A stretch of 63,313 nt of DNA, counting the filler, from Globobulimina sp. (taxonomy: Eukaryota): NCBI GenBank assembly GCA_003354225.1. It is 12 parts of 12 records of this genome, joined end to end, with 100 filler letters (N's around TTAATTAATTAA, not from the genome) between each part and the next. Parts side by side here need not be neighbours in the genome. Positions count along the whole stretch, not along the records: positions 47,592 to 52,766 come from PIVH01000683.1; positions 52,867 to 58,040 come from PIVH01000684.1; positions 58,141 to 63,313 come from PIVH01000685.1; 9 more parts are not named here. One strand, 5' to 3'. Shown here one piece after another: positions 47,592 to 59,161 of this stretch; positions within the stretch are counted from its first letter, which is position 1, and each line of letters begins with the position of its first letter. The position numbers were made by a program, and so were the translations under genes. The notes under the pieces were generated by a model that was given only the letters and a program-made list of their open reading frames with translations, had not been told where the DNA came from and searched no databases.

Positions 47592-50500
47592 TTTACATCC
47601 GATGAAACGCAATTTGATTTACGATGTCTTCATTGGGATGAATTTGAGCCATTTAATTGCAATGAATGGTATACTATCGACGGCAGTGTGGTTACTATGG
47701 ATCGACAATGCAGTGTCTCGCCCACTGTCTCACCCACACCACACCCAACCAGTCAATGTATTGAATATAATAAATATGTCTATGTAGAATCTGCTGCATT
47801 TACAAACCAAATCTTACAATCGCAAGAAGTGAATTTTGCGCCTTATAAATCCTCGACATTTTTCCAGGTAAAATTAGTATTATTTGAACCGCTGACGGAT
47901 ACGACGGGCAATCCATGTGATTCGAGTACCTTTGCGCAACCTGCTTCGTATTATGATAATAGTGTAGTTATGGTCCGATACAGTTCATTTTATGAGAGTT
48001 TGTGTTCCCCACAAGAATGGACTTTACGATTAGAAAACTATGCCAATGTGATTGGTGTTATTGTGGCGAATGATCGTGATTTCACCCACACCTATTCCTT
48101 AGCTGGTGATTCTAGTTTGGACGCACCACTCATAGCAACTCGCATGATCTCCCAAATGGCGGCTACTTTGTTAACATATGCCATGCAACAACAAGATGAT
48201 GTATTTGTGACCTTTGGTTGTTTTGACGACGATATTTCCTATCCATCCACCGTTTGTTTGGTGGACACAACTTTGGCTGGCGATCATGTCTATTTGGATG
48301 GTGAATACCAACGACAAGAGATCCTCATCAATGATCATCCGATATGGCTAAAAACCGGACATGAAGGCTTATGGCGTGATATTTATATGTTTTTAGATGT
48401 GGATAGCAGCAGCTCAGGAGATGCAAGTTGGAAATGGGCGATTGGAACGGATTATAATGACCGAGATTCAATCATTGCCGTCTGTGATCTTAATGGGCAA
48501 CACATTGATCATCCCGCATTATGTGATCTTGATTGGTCAATTGATGGTGAATTAGTGAGTAATATATCGACCAAAGGTACGCAATGCGCATTGGGGGACA
48601 ATTATGTTTGTGTGGAATCCAGTTCAGGTGGCTTTTTTGAGACTTATTTTGCGGGCAGTTATCGTCAAACTCATTCTGGTGTACCGTTATGGTTATTAGA
48701 GAGTGAATATTTAGATGCACATATTCGCATAGGATCGCTGTCCTGGCCAGAAATGTTTGGCGAGAATTCGAATAGTCGATACGTGTTTGCCTTTATGGTA
48801 AATCAAACGGATTTATATGCATTTTGTGTAATTGGTGAGACTTATCCAAGTAAAGCAGACGCATTGGCCCCGTATGAATGCAATACAGATTGGTATGTCA
48901 TTTCCTATGATGAAACCAATGGATATCAATGGGTCATAGATTTAGCTTTTGATATCGATGAATGTACCCATCCCAATGTTAGTGTCACCCCGGAGGTGAT
49001 CAGTTATCCTTCCTTGCTATGCCTCCGTAGTGATACCAGTGACTATTCCCATTTCCAAGGTCATTATGGCGTTTATGCACTGGATAGCTCACAAACCTTT
49101 GATGATAGATTCGTTTATAAAAACCAACGATTAGATGGTATGACTGGCAATGAATGGTATATGCTATGGTTCGAAGAGAAGGACGCCTGGGCCATCAATG
49201 AGATGATTCCCGGTGAAACTATTGTGCGTGCAATGGATGGTATTTGTCGAGAAGACGTACATACGCCTGATTTGTGTGTGAATGAATGTTGGCAATTTTA
49301 CCAAGGCTCTGCAATGGAGGATATGTGTGATGTGAAAGCAGTGGTTACGAGCAGTGATTTAGAATCCGATTGTATTGGCGCCTTACCAGTGAATAATATT
49401 ATACATTATACAAAAGAGATCAGTTTATGCTTTAATGATGGCAGCAGCAGCAATGATTGGGACATGCCATACAGTGGTAAATGGTACTTGGAAGAGAGCG
49501 AGACTTACGGCGGTCGAGCTTATTGGTATAAAACAGATAATAATGATGCATCACTTCCATTGGGTATAAATAAGCAATATTATATGTATTATGATCAATA
49601 TTTACGGTTTTGGATTCTTGATCGAATATTAGGCACTGAGAATGGAGGGGATTATTTACATTATTATTGTTTGCATTGGGATGAGTTTGAACCATTTAAT
49701 TGTACTGAATGGTTTTCTTCCATCTCTTATAAATTAAATAAATTAAGTATGAACAGTAAAGATTGCTTTTCCTCCGCACCCACGCAATTACCGACCCCTT
49801 CACCAACAATGGATTGTGATGCCAGAAATGCATGGATTTATGCAGAAACTGAGAATTATGTGTATGCGGAAGAAACATTGACCAGTATATATACAAATTT
49901 TGCACCGTATGTGTATACAACCTTTAATAAAGCCGAATTAGTGATCTTTGAGAATGATCGCGTAATGGAACAGCATTACAGTAATCCATGTGATTACAAC
50001 ACCTCGCAGGACTATCCAAGCTTTTATGAAAATAAAGTCGTACTTATAAAACATAATGAATTTATTGCATCGTTGTGTTTGGTTGAATTATGGACTTTAA
50101 ACTTAGAGAGCTATGGCAATGGTAAAATAAAAGCGGTGTTAATTGCAAATGATGCTGATTTAAATCATGTGTATCCATTGGCTGGTATATCTGATCCATT
50201 GTCGCAGAGAGCTGATCCAATAACACCAACTAGAATGATATCACAATTTGCTGGTATTGGGATACAGAGTGCAATTGAACAAGGCGAACATGTCTCTATT
50301 TCATTTGGTTGTTTTGATGATGTAAACGGCATCGATTATCCAGCCATTATCTGTTTAATTGACTCCTCCATTATGGGCAAACATGCGTATTTAGACGGTG
50401 AATATCAACGACAAACCGATATAATTAAAAATGAACATCCAGTGTGGATGAAGAATGGATTTGAAGGCATATGGAAGAATATTTATATGTGGCTGGATAT

Positions 50501-52304
50501 TGATCAGACTGTAAATGGATATTCATCCTGGAAATGGGTCATCGGCACTGATTATACGCGGACCCATTCCATCATTGCGGAATGTTTAGTACATGATGAG
50601 ATTGACCATCCCGCATTATGTGATGGTAATTGGTTCATTGATGATAAATTGGAGGGGAATATTACTACTTCAGACACTATTTGTGAATTAGGTGATGATT
50701 ATATTTGTGTAGAATCTGCGGAAGGTGGCCTTTTTGATACCTATTTTGATGGACAATATCGTCAAATTCATTCTGGTGTTCCACTATGGTTTTTAGAAGA
50801 TTCCTATCTCGACGCATATATTACTATCGGTCAGATGACATTTCCGCCATTATTTGAAAATGAATATGTATTTGCATTTGCATTAAATCAAAGTCAAATA
50901 TTTGCCTTTTGTCCAATTGGGAAAGAAGAGCCATCGCGAGAGGTCGCATTAGCGCCACAAGATTGTAATAAGAATTGGTATAAATTAGAGATATTATCCA
51001 CTGGGTATACCTGGGTCATTGACTATGCATTCGATATCGATGAATGTGCCTATAAATTATTACCTACACAGACTCCGCAATATATTGAATACCCAGAGAT
51101 ATTATGTATGTCCGATCCAACCAATGCAGATTCTCGTTATCAGGGTCATTATGGTGTATATTTATTGGATAAAACACAAACCTATGATGGGAAGTATGTG
51201 TATTACAATCAGAGATTAGCAGCCAATGGGAATGCAGATGAATGGTATATGCTATGGTATGATGAGAAAGACGCCTGGGTCTTAAATGAAATGGTCCCCG
51301 ATATTACGGTCGTGCGCGACAATGAAGCTATTTGTAGAGAGGAAGTATTTTCGCCCGATTTGTGTAGTGCATGTTGGGAGTTTTCCGATACTGTTGGTAA
51401 TTATGAAACAAATTGCAATGTGCAAGTAAGCGTAACAGGGAGTGCAACAGAGTCTGATTGTATGCGCTTGCCAGTAAATAATATGATGCCAAATGAGTAT
51501 GCCAGCAGTGTAGTGTTAAAGTTTGACGATGGGAGCACAGATATCGACGCCAATGCCTATAGTGGTGTATGGAGATTATCAACACAAGCAAAATATGGTA
51601 ATCGCGTGTATTGGTTTAAATATTTTGCATCGGGAATAACCAATATTGAATATTACATGTTTTATGATGAAAGCTATAGATATTGGGTCATTGACCGACA
51701 ATTAGGGAGCGCGGATAAAATGTCCTGGCATTTATATTGTATTAATTGGTCTGCATTTGAACCATTTAAATGTGATGTTTGGTATACAAATACTGTTGGT
51801 TTTAGTATGCAAATGGACGCCAGCTATCAATTACCAACAACTACCACTGCGACAACGACCAGTAGTACCACTGCGATAAATGGTGAAGATGGGAGAGATA
51901 CTAGTTCTGCATTTAATGTGTTACCATGGATTGTTTGTTCTATTGGATTTGTAGCATTATGTGCTAGTTTAGTAGTATTTTATTGTCGGAGGAAGAAAAA
52001 GCAAAGATTTATGTTTCAAGATGTATCAAAAGATGGTGTTTTTAAAACCGTGTATGGCGTAAATTATACAGAAACTGAAGACTTAAATGTGATACAAATG
52101 GAAAATGTAGGAATTGCAACGCGGACTGGGACTAAAGGGAAAGGTGAAATTATTGCGATGAAAGATGATGAAGAAGATTATGATGACGATGATGTTGTAT
52201 CGCATCGTATTATTGATTATGAAGGAACGTATACGGATACAAACCCATTAAATAAAAATACAAATAATAAAAAACCAAAAAATTGGGTTAAGTTTGAGGA
52301 ATAA
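47592..52304 (+). CDS. Very large single-pass surface protein built from ~700-aa tandem units, each starting with a PA-like domain; 5' partial
   Basis: Open from contig start. Two full units plus the tail of a third (CLHWDEFEPFNC recurs). Thr-rich stalk, TM VLPWIVCSIGFVALCASLVVFYC, then RRKKK. Confidence 0.8.
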   Translation, partial: FTSDETQFDLRCLHWDEFEPFNCNEWYTIDGSVVTMDRQCSVSPTVSPTPHPTSQCIEYNKYVYVESAAFTNQILQSQEVNFAPYKSSTFFQVKLVLFEPLTDTTGNPCDSSTFAQPASYYDNSVVMVRYSSFYESLCSPQEWTLRLENYANVIGVIVANDRDFTHTYSLAGDSSLDAPLIATRMISQMAATLLTYAMQQQDDVFVTFGCFDDDISYPSTVCLVDTTLAGDHVYLDGEYQRQEILINDHPIWLKTGHEGLWRDIYMFLDVDSSSSGDASWKWAIGTDYNDRDSIIAVCDLNGQHIDHPALCDLDWSIDGELVSNISTKGTQCALGDNYVCVESSSGGFFETYFAGSYRQTHSGVPLWLLESEYLDAHIRIGSLSWPEMFGENSNSRYVFAFMVNQTDLYAFCVIGETYPSKADALAPYECNTDWYVISYDETNGYQWVIDLAFDIDECTHPNVSVTPEVISYPSLLCLRSDTSDYSHFQGHYGVYALDSSQTFDDRFVYKNQRLDGMTGNEWYMLWFEEKDAWAINEMIPGETIVRAMDGICREDVHTPDLCVNECWQFYQGSAMEDMCDVKAVVTSSDLESDCIGALPVNNIIHYTKEISLCFNDGSSSNDWDMPYSGKWYLEESETYGGRAYWYKTDNNDASLPLGINKQYYMYYDQYLRFWILDRILGTENGGDYLHYYCLHWDEFEPFNCTEWFSSISYKLNKLSMNSKDCFSSAPTQLPTPSPTMDCDARNAWIYAETENYVYAEETLTSIYTNFAPYVYTTFNKAELVIFENDRVMEQHYSNPCDYNTSQDYPSFYENKVVLIKHNEFIASLCLVELWTLNLESYGNGKIKAVLIANDADLNHVYPLAGISDPLSQRADPITPTRMISQFAGIGIQSAIEQGEHVSISFGCFDDVNGIDYPAIICLIDSSIMGKHAYLDGEYQRQTDIIKNEHPVWMKNGFEGIWKNIYMWLDIDQTVNGYSSWKWVIGTDYTRTHSIIAECLVHDEIDHPALCDGNWFIDDKLEGNITTSDTICELGDDYICVESAEGGLFDTYFDGQYRQIHSGVPLWFLEDSYLDAYITIGQMTFPPLFENEYVFAFALNQSQIFAFCPIGKEEPSREVALAPQDCNKNWYKLEILSTGYTWVIDYAFDIDECAYKLLPTQTPQYIEYPEILCMSDPTNADSRYQGHYGVYLLDKTQTYDGKYVYYNQRLAANGNADEWYMLWYDEKDAWVLNEMVPDITVVRDNEAICREEVFSPDLCSACWEFSDTVGNYETNCNVQVSVTGSATESDCMRLPVNNMMPNEYASSVVLKFDDGSTDIDANAYSGVWRLSTQAKYGNRVYWFKYFASGITNIEYYMFYDESYRYWVIDRQLGSADKMSWHLYCINWSAFEPFKCDVWYTNTVGFSMQMDASYQLPTTTTATTTSSTTAINGEDGRDTSSAFNVLPWIVCSIGFVALCASLVVFYCRRKKKQRFMFQDVSKDGVFKTVYGVNYTETEDLNVIQMENVGIATRTGTKGKGEIIAMKDDEEDYDDDDVVSHRIIDYEGTYTDTNPLNKNTNNKKPKNWVKFEE

Positions 52305-52867
52305 TGACCATAAAATGTTTTTTTTTATATTTATTGACAATGTTTTGAATATTTTTTTAATTGTTTTGATAATTTTTTTGTGATTTATATTATGTGAATG
52401 TATGTGACAATGTCTTTTGATTTATTTATTCTTTGTGTCTATTATATTGATTATTATTTTATTACTTTATTATTTATTATTTGTTGTTTACGTCTCTTAC
52501 TATTTTTTTTCTCCTTATTTTTTTTCTCTAAATATAATAAGCAATATTATTATTTATTATTTTTACCACCTTCTTTTTGTTTTTGATTTATTTGTTTGTG
52601 GTCTTATTTATTTGTTTTAAAATTTATCTTATATAATAATTAAAACAAACGATGATTGGTTGCGATTTACAGAAAAGCATAAAACCTGACATTTTAGTAC
52701 TTTTATGTGGCGTCGCACTTTTCCAATTTATGTGGCGTCTCACTTTTTCATTAAATATGTCGCGCCNNNNNNNNNNNNNNNNNNNNNNNNNNNNNNNNNN
52801 NNNNNNNNNNTTAATTAATTAANNNNNNNNNNNNNNNNNNNNNNNNNNNNNNNNNNNNNNNNNNNNG

Positions 52868-55800
52868 GGCTATGACGGCAAAAGACTCTGTGCGTGGAAC
52901 GGTGGTCGGACTGCTTATGAAGGCTCCAAAGCGTGGTTTGCCGGCGATTATGTTGGCTTTGGCTTAGATTATGATAAAAAAACATGCGAGTTCTTCTTAA
53001 ACGGAGAATCAATGGGTATTGCTTTTACAAATATGAATATCGAGGGACACATCTATCCCACATTGACATTGCAGGGCAATAATACGGTTAAAATATTGCC
53101 GCTGCACAGAATGAAATATTATAATAAACACAAAGATAAATATAAAACTGCGATTGACCTCTCTTCAAATATTAATTCTGTCATTCAACCGGATATCATT
53201 CAATTTGGTTTTGACGAAAAAACACCATTAATGGACGAAAAAAAAAGTGATGACACCAAAGACGACTTAGATATCGATGACAGTTTTAGCGGCGCTGTAA
53301 ATTATTTGTGTGCCATAAAAACATTAAGCGGCGATTTAGAATTGAAGACAACAAATAATTCCTTACATTGCAAGGCTTTATCACCGTGCGTTTTTGCTGG
53401 AAATTTTACATTGCCGACCAACGCAAATAATAAATATATTTACGAAGTTATCTTAAATGCAATGCACGCCGAAGCAGAGGATATGGACAATGAGAATGGC
53501 AATGGATTTGGCTATGCAAATATATCAAATAATAAGATTACCGAATCGTGGACGTATAGAAATGGCGAATTGTATCATAACGAGCACGTCGTTCAAATTA
53601 AAACCGAACCACAAGAATTCCAACAACGAGAATTTAAATATGAGTCAGACTTCGATGTAAATGGTGTTATCTATGCGTTAGGCTCCAATTTTGGAAGCAG
53701 AGATTGGCGCAATCCGTACGAACTTAAATTAATTGAGATGACATCATCCAAATTGAAATCAGACAGCAAAGCCATATCCAATGTAATTGGCCGAACCGCG
53801 ACGAAATGTGTATGTGACGAAGATGAGCGAGGATGGATGCAAATCGATTTTAAAACTTTACAAATCCGGCCAACTGCCTATACATTACGCCATTATATCG
53901 CAGGCGACGAAGCTTTAAGAAATTGGAATTTGGAGGGCAGCAATAATGGAAGCGACTGGATTGTAATTAAGAAACATGAAAACGACCAAGCATTAAACAA
54001 AAAAACTGCAGCAAACACCTGGGATATCGACGAAAATGAATGTAAACAGTTGCAAGCATTCCAAATATTTCGTGTCCAAATTACGGGGCCGAATAGTGCT
54101 AATAACCATTGTTTGGCCTGTTGCGGATTTGAGATTTATGGATATTTATCCGGTTCGTTTAAATATGAGCGTTCGTTTGGTATCGATGAAAGCTATAAAA
54201 ATGAAATAGAAAATAAAGAATTTAAATATGAATCGGATTTCGATACAAATGGAATATGTTATAATTTAGGCACCAAATTTGATGCCAACAACGAATGGAC
54301 GAATCCTGCAGAGACTGGCTGTATAAAATTAAGTGCATCGAAATGGAAAAATGACAGTGTGCCCATCTCAAATGTAGTGGGCCGAGCCTCTGTGCGCTGT
54401 GTCAATGATGCGGAGAAGGATGGCTTCATTGTGATTGATTTTATGTCGATAAAGATCTTGCCGCGGGCTTATACGTTACGGCATTATGCCTCTTGGGATA
54501 CGGAAGCATTACGGAATTGGAACTTGGAGGGAAGCAATAACGGCGGAACCACGTGGCACTTAATCAAGAAACATGAAGACGACCAAGCATTGGCACAAAG
54601 GGGACAGTCCTTTACGTGGAAGATTTTGGAGAGAGATTGCAATGAATTTTATCAAATGTTCAAAATACAAATGACCGGCGCAAATAGGTACGTCCCGCTA
54701 GTTTTGTCATTTATGTTGTTAACATTTTATACGTAATGTGCTACACTCACAGCAATGATGCGTGGTATTTGGCGTGCTCTGGCTTTGAAATCTATGGTTT
54801 TACAAAATATGAAAAAGGTATCCTTGCACTCCACAGTCCACACATTGACAGACTCTGTAAACATTTCTCTTTATATTTAAGGCAAATACGTAGAAACATG
54901 GAATAACGGCGACCGGTTTACCTGTAAAATCGACTTAAAACAACGCAAATTAACCTATGGAATAAATGGAAAACAAACTGTTTCTCCGTATAAATTTTTA
55001 AGTGATTCGTCCACAAAAACCGCAAAATTAAATTATAATATCCCAGTATCGCCCATATTTTATTTATGTACAAACTCATCGATTACAATCAATTTGGACA
55101 GTAAAAACATGCGTAATGTGAACGAATTCGATGGCTACAAAGCTTTAAATATAATGGATAAATTTGATGAGATATTACACCCAAAAATCACTGTCGTGGA
55201 TGAGATATTTCCCGTTAAATTGACGCAAGGAAAGGGATTTATTGTCCAGGACAAAACGGGATATATAATTTGTTCGAGCCGCTCCAATGCGACGTGCACA
55301 TTTATGTCGTCCTTCTTCCTTCCCTCCAAAACCCGCTTTTATTATGAAATCATGGCAGAAACATCTGGCCGAATGGTGTTAGGCTTTTGTGTGGCACAGC
55401 AAACGGAGAGAATCATCGGTTGCGAGATCTATGAGTGCAAAGAGAATGATTGTATGGGCATTGTTATTGACCAATTATCGAATCAAGTCGTTATTTATAC
55501 CAATGGCAGCATTCACAAAATGCATGCATTCAATAGCAATATTACCAAAACAGAGAGCAAAATATTCCCCGCATTCGCATTAAAACGAGCCATGAAAGTC
55601 AAATTAATATGGAATAAATCGCAAATTAAATATTGCAATGAAATGATACATGGCCACGCCATTGATGTGGTGACCAATGAATATGCAGATTGTCTGAATA
55701 ATATACATTATGACATTGATAAGAATGAACTAAAACCGGTGCGCGAAAAGATTGGCGATGCGGTCATCACAATCAATGATCAAATAATCAACATTTCCGC

Positions 55801-58040
55801 CAGAAAGGATACGTTAATTGTCAGTAATTTTAAATTGCGAAACATTGCAAAGAATACGCAAACCGCAAAGAACTTTTATTACGAAGTGCAATTATTACAT
55901 CACAATGTGAAAGGAATCTGGATCGGATTTATCGACAATGTCAATCATCGCTCCATCCATCAGTACAGAAATGGCCATGGCGCCTTTTTATTCGATTTGC
56001 AACGCAAAGAGCTGTGTGGAAATGGCGAGCGATGCGTAAAATATCCAGTTGAGGAGAAGGAGAACAAAGAGGAAGAAAATAGCGATATCATTAAATGGGA
56101 GCAAGGGTCAGTGGTCGGAGTGGGTATAAATAATAATAATATTTCATTCTTTTTCAATGGCAAAGATTTAGGCGTGGCCTGGAAAGGCTTTATGAAACAT
56201 ACGAAAGGCGCGTTGTGTCCCGCTATCATCGTACCGAAAGAGAAGAAGCTGTGTATTATGTTCGATCGGTCGCGGCAACAATATCCAATGTCTTATCATT
56301 ATCCCATTAATGTGATGCAGACTTATTATGGTTTGATGAAGGCGGAAGCGGCCTGGATTAAAATCAGAGAGTCTGAGATTTATACGGAGCAACGCTATGC
56401 GCTGCATATGTTGGTCAAGCATTTGGATGCCAAGGAGGACCCAGATGGGATATGGTATAAGTTATTGGTGGAAATGAATGAGACATCACAGACGTATCGC
56501 AGTCAATGGATGAAGTCAAATGGGCAAAATAATATCAGTTTGGGTTTAAAATGCATTTACGAAGATGTACAGATCGGGAAAGATGCCATCTATCCAACCT
56601 TTACACTAACTCGCGAGGAGACGCATGAGGTACAAATTCCGTTGGAGATCAAAGCAGATATCAATAGCGTGAACTATGTGGAGGAAATAGCGTTAAATGT
56701 GAAACTATTTGGTGATGACTCGAGGCGTACATTACGTGATTTAGATAATGAAATTGCTGCGTATTACGACGCATTCCCAGATCTAAAATATCGGTTTCAA
56801 TTTTATCATTATTGCGTAGAGAATGATATATCGACACTCGATGCAATTAAAAAAACAATGACGTCTGAGTCCGATGGTTGTATTTTGGTTGAATTTGATG
56901 AAAAGTTCCCATTTGAACAAGAGCCATTGGATGAAGCTGCTAAAAAAAGAGCTATCTATCAATATTTGCAGAAAGTAATTAATGTCAACACGAGATATAT
57001 TAAATGTGTCTCAGGCGATGGAAGTATTGAATGTAACAATAATATGTATGAAATTACAGCAAAATCACATTTTCCAACCTTTAAAATCAATCAAAGCGTG
57101 CCATCTCAGGGCAAACATTTCTATCAAATGGTATTAGGAAATGGCAATTTAGCGCAGATTGGATTTGGCGACGATGAGTTCAAATGTTATAAGTCGCGCG
57201 GAAAAGGTGTAGGCGATGATAGTCATAGCTTTGCTGTGGATGGTTATAGACTTTATAAATGGTGTGGTAAATCCACCAAATATGGCGAAAAATGGAAACG
57301 GAATGATTTATTGACCTGCGCCATTGACATGGATGCAAAAACATGTTCGTTTTATCTCAATGAGAAAGAGTTAGGCATTGCCTTTACAGACATGCAGATA
57401 TCGGGTGACATTTATCCATACTTTACATTGGGTTGTTATTACCAACGAACTGTGCAATTATTGATACATCCAAAGAATACCAGAGAGGGACCATGGACTA
57501 AAGCTGGATACGAGCCACTTTGTCTTCCTTTGTCTGCTTTTGACCGAATGATTGGTAAATTATATGTTGACATAGAATATAAAAAATTGCCGCCCGCAGT
57601 TGGAACCTGCCAAAATTGCTCGAATGGACTGCAGCGATATTCCTACGACGAAGGCAATACTTTGGATAAACGCTGTACGAAATGTTTCAATGAACCGAAG
57701 ACATCGTCGCCTAATAACGAGGCGTTTGCATCGTTTAGAAACAAAGCAAAAGATATTGATAAAACAGAGTATGCCAATTATTATAGGTACAGTTGTAACG
57801 TGTGTAACAAGTATGATTTGTGCAGTGATTGCTATATCGATGATAATATTACGTGGTTGACAATCATTCATTATTTGAGCTCTCTGAAATTATTTGGCAG
57901 AAAAAAATTAGGCGTGAAGTTGATGTCTATTTTGGGCAAATCCGACGAGAATAGCATCAGCAAAGAGGATTTTGAGCAGTTTTGTTATCATTTAATACTT
58001 CCATTAAGACAGGAAATGAAAAAAAGACTCGGATACATTA
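52868..58040 (+). CDS. Internal part of a giant multidomain protein: several SPRY domains, two HECTD1-type discoidin/SUN-like domains and a ZZ-like zinc finger
   Basis: FKYESDFD.NG..Y.LG...YTLRHY..EALRNWNLEGSN x2; SPRY GVGDDSHSFAVDG..WKRNDLLTCAID..SFYLN; RYSCNVCNKYDLCSDC. Introns 54688-54752 and 54818-54881. Confidence 0.8.
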
Positions 58041-58140
58041 NNNNNNNNNNNNNNNNNNNNNNNNNNNNNNNNNNNNNNNNNNNNTTAATTAATTAANNNN
58101 NNNNNNNNNNNNNNNNNNNNNNNNNNNNNNNNNNNNNNNN

Positions 58141-59110
58141 TAAATGGAACAATGTGTTTTATGATTGACATAATCAATGGTATAATAGTTATGCGCCAAA
58201 TACCACTCATCGTAGTTTGTACACCTTTGAGCCAACATATTTGCATGAAACGGCGCAATCTCTCCTCTCGTTATCAATTTCCGCAGCAAGTGTTTATTCA
58301 ATGACGCATATTCCTCGCGATCAGCGTGTAAAACCTCAAAACTCGGCACGATAAAAATTGTCTTCTCACCAAATTTGCGAATAAGTTTCTTAATTAATAC
58401 ATAGGTGTTTTGCAGACTATTTGTAGAGAAATATTTGAAATCAATATCCACATTAAATAAGAATCGCGTATTTATTTGGTACTCGGCAAAGTTCCGCAAA
58501 GCATTGGTTGGTATTTTTAACATTAAAGGCGTGGTAGAGTCAAACTGCCGCCTTCGATATATATGATGTGTTTTATTAATGCAAACAATACCGATGGTGA
58601 TGTTGTACATATTATGAATATCGCCAAACATTTGTTCAAATAACTGGTATAAATGCAAACTGACTTCGGAACTTTCACACAACACAAAATGTTTATCAAT
58701 ATACACTGCGATGGAGATTGGTCCGATTGAGTGGTAATTTAAGGCAATGAGGCGAGCATCATTCAGCACATTCACGTCACAGATTGTTGCCAGTGATAGT
58801 AATACGTTATCATGCTCTATGAACATGCCTTGTTTTACTTTGTGTATTTTGTATTTTGTATATACGTATTGATGATGGAGTGAGACAGTGAGTGTTAAAA
58901 GAATTAACTGTAAAAAAATGGCTGCCCGACATATGCGCCGAGTGTTACCGGTTTGTCAGAATCGACAACCACATTCCCATCGAATCTTACTTTGCCACTC
59001 TTTGTAAACGGAGTCTCGAATGGCAAGGAGGTCAAAAGCAACGCATATAGAATAATTACTATTGTAAGCATTAAAATTGACCAGATGATAAATTTGTTTT
59101 TGCTTACCAT
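58141..59110 (-). CDS. Glycosyltransferase family 49 (LARGE/B4GAT1-like), 3' partial
   Basis: N-terminal TM; GPISIAVY, PTNALRN, FNVDIDF (DxD), FIVPSFE, PFH and TNYDEW. Probable intron 58908-58948. Confidence 0.85.
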
Positions 59111-59161
59111 GATGATGACGACTAGATCATGTACAAACTCATTACAGTGAAGTAGCTAGTC

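Noticed and set aside
52398-52620. Hydrophobic short ORFs
   Set aside because: T-rich 3' UTR/intergenic sequence.
5205-58140. Regularly spaced TTAATTAATTAA palindromes, and gene neighbourhoods across them
   Set aside because: Artificial linkers. No synteny can be inferred across them, and ORFs ending in X...LIN are artefacts.
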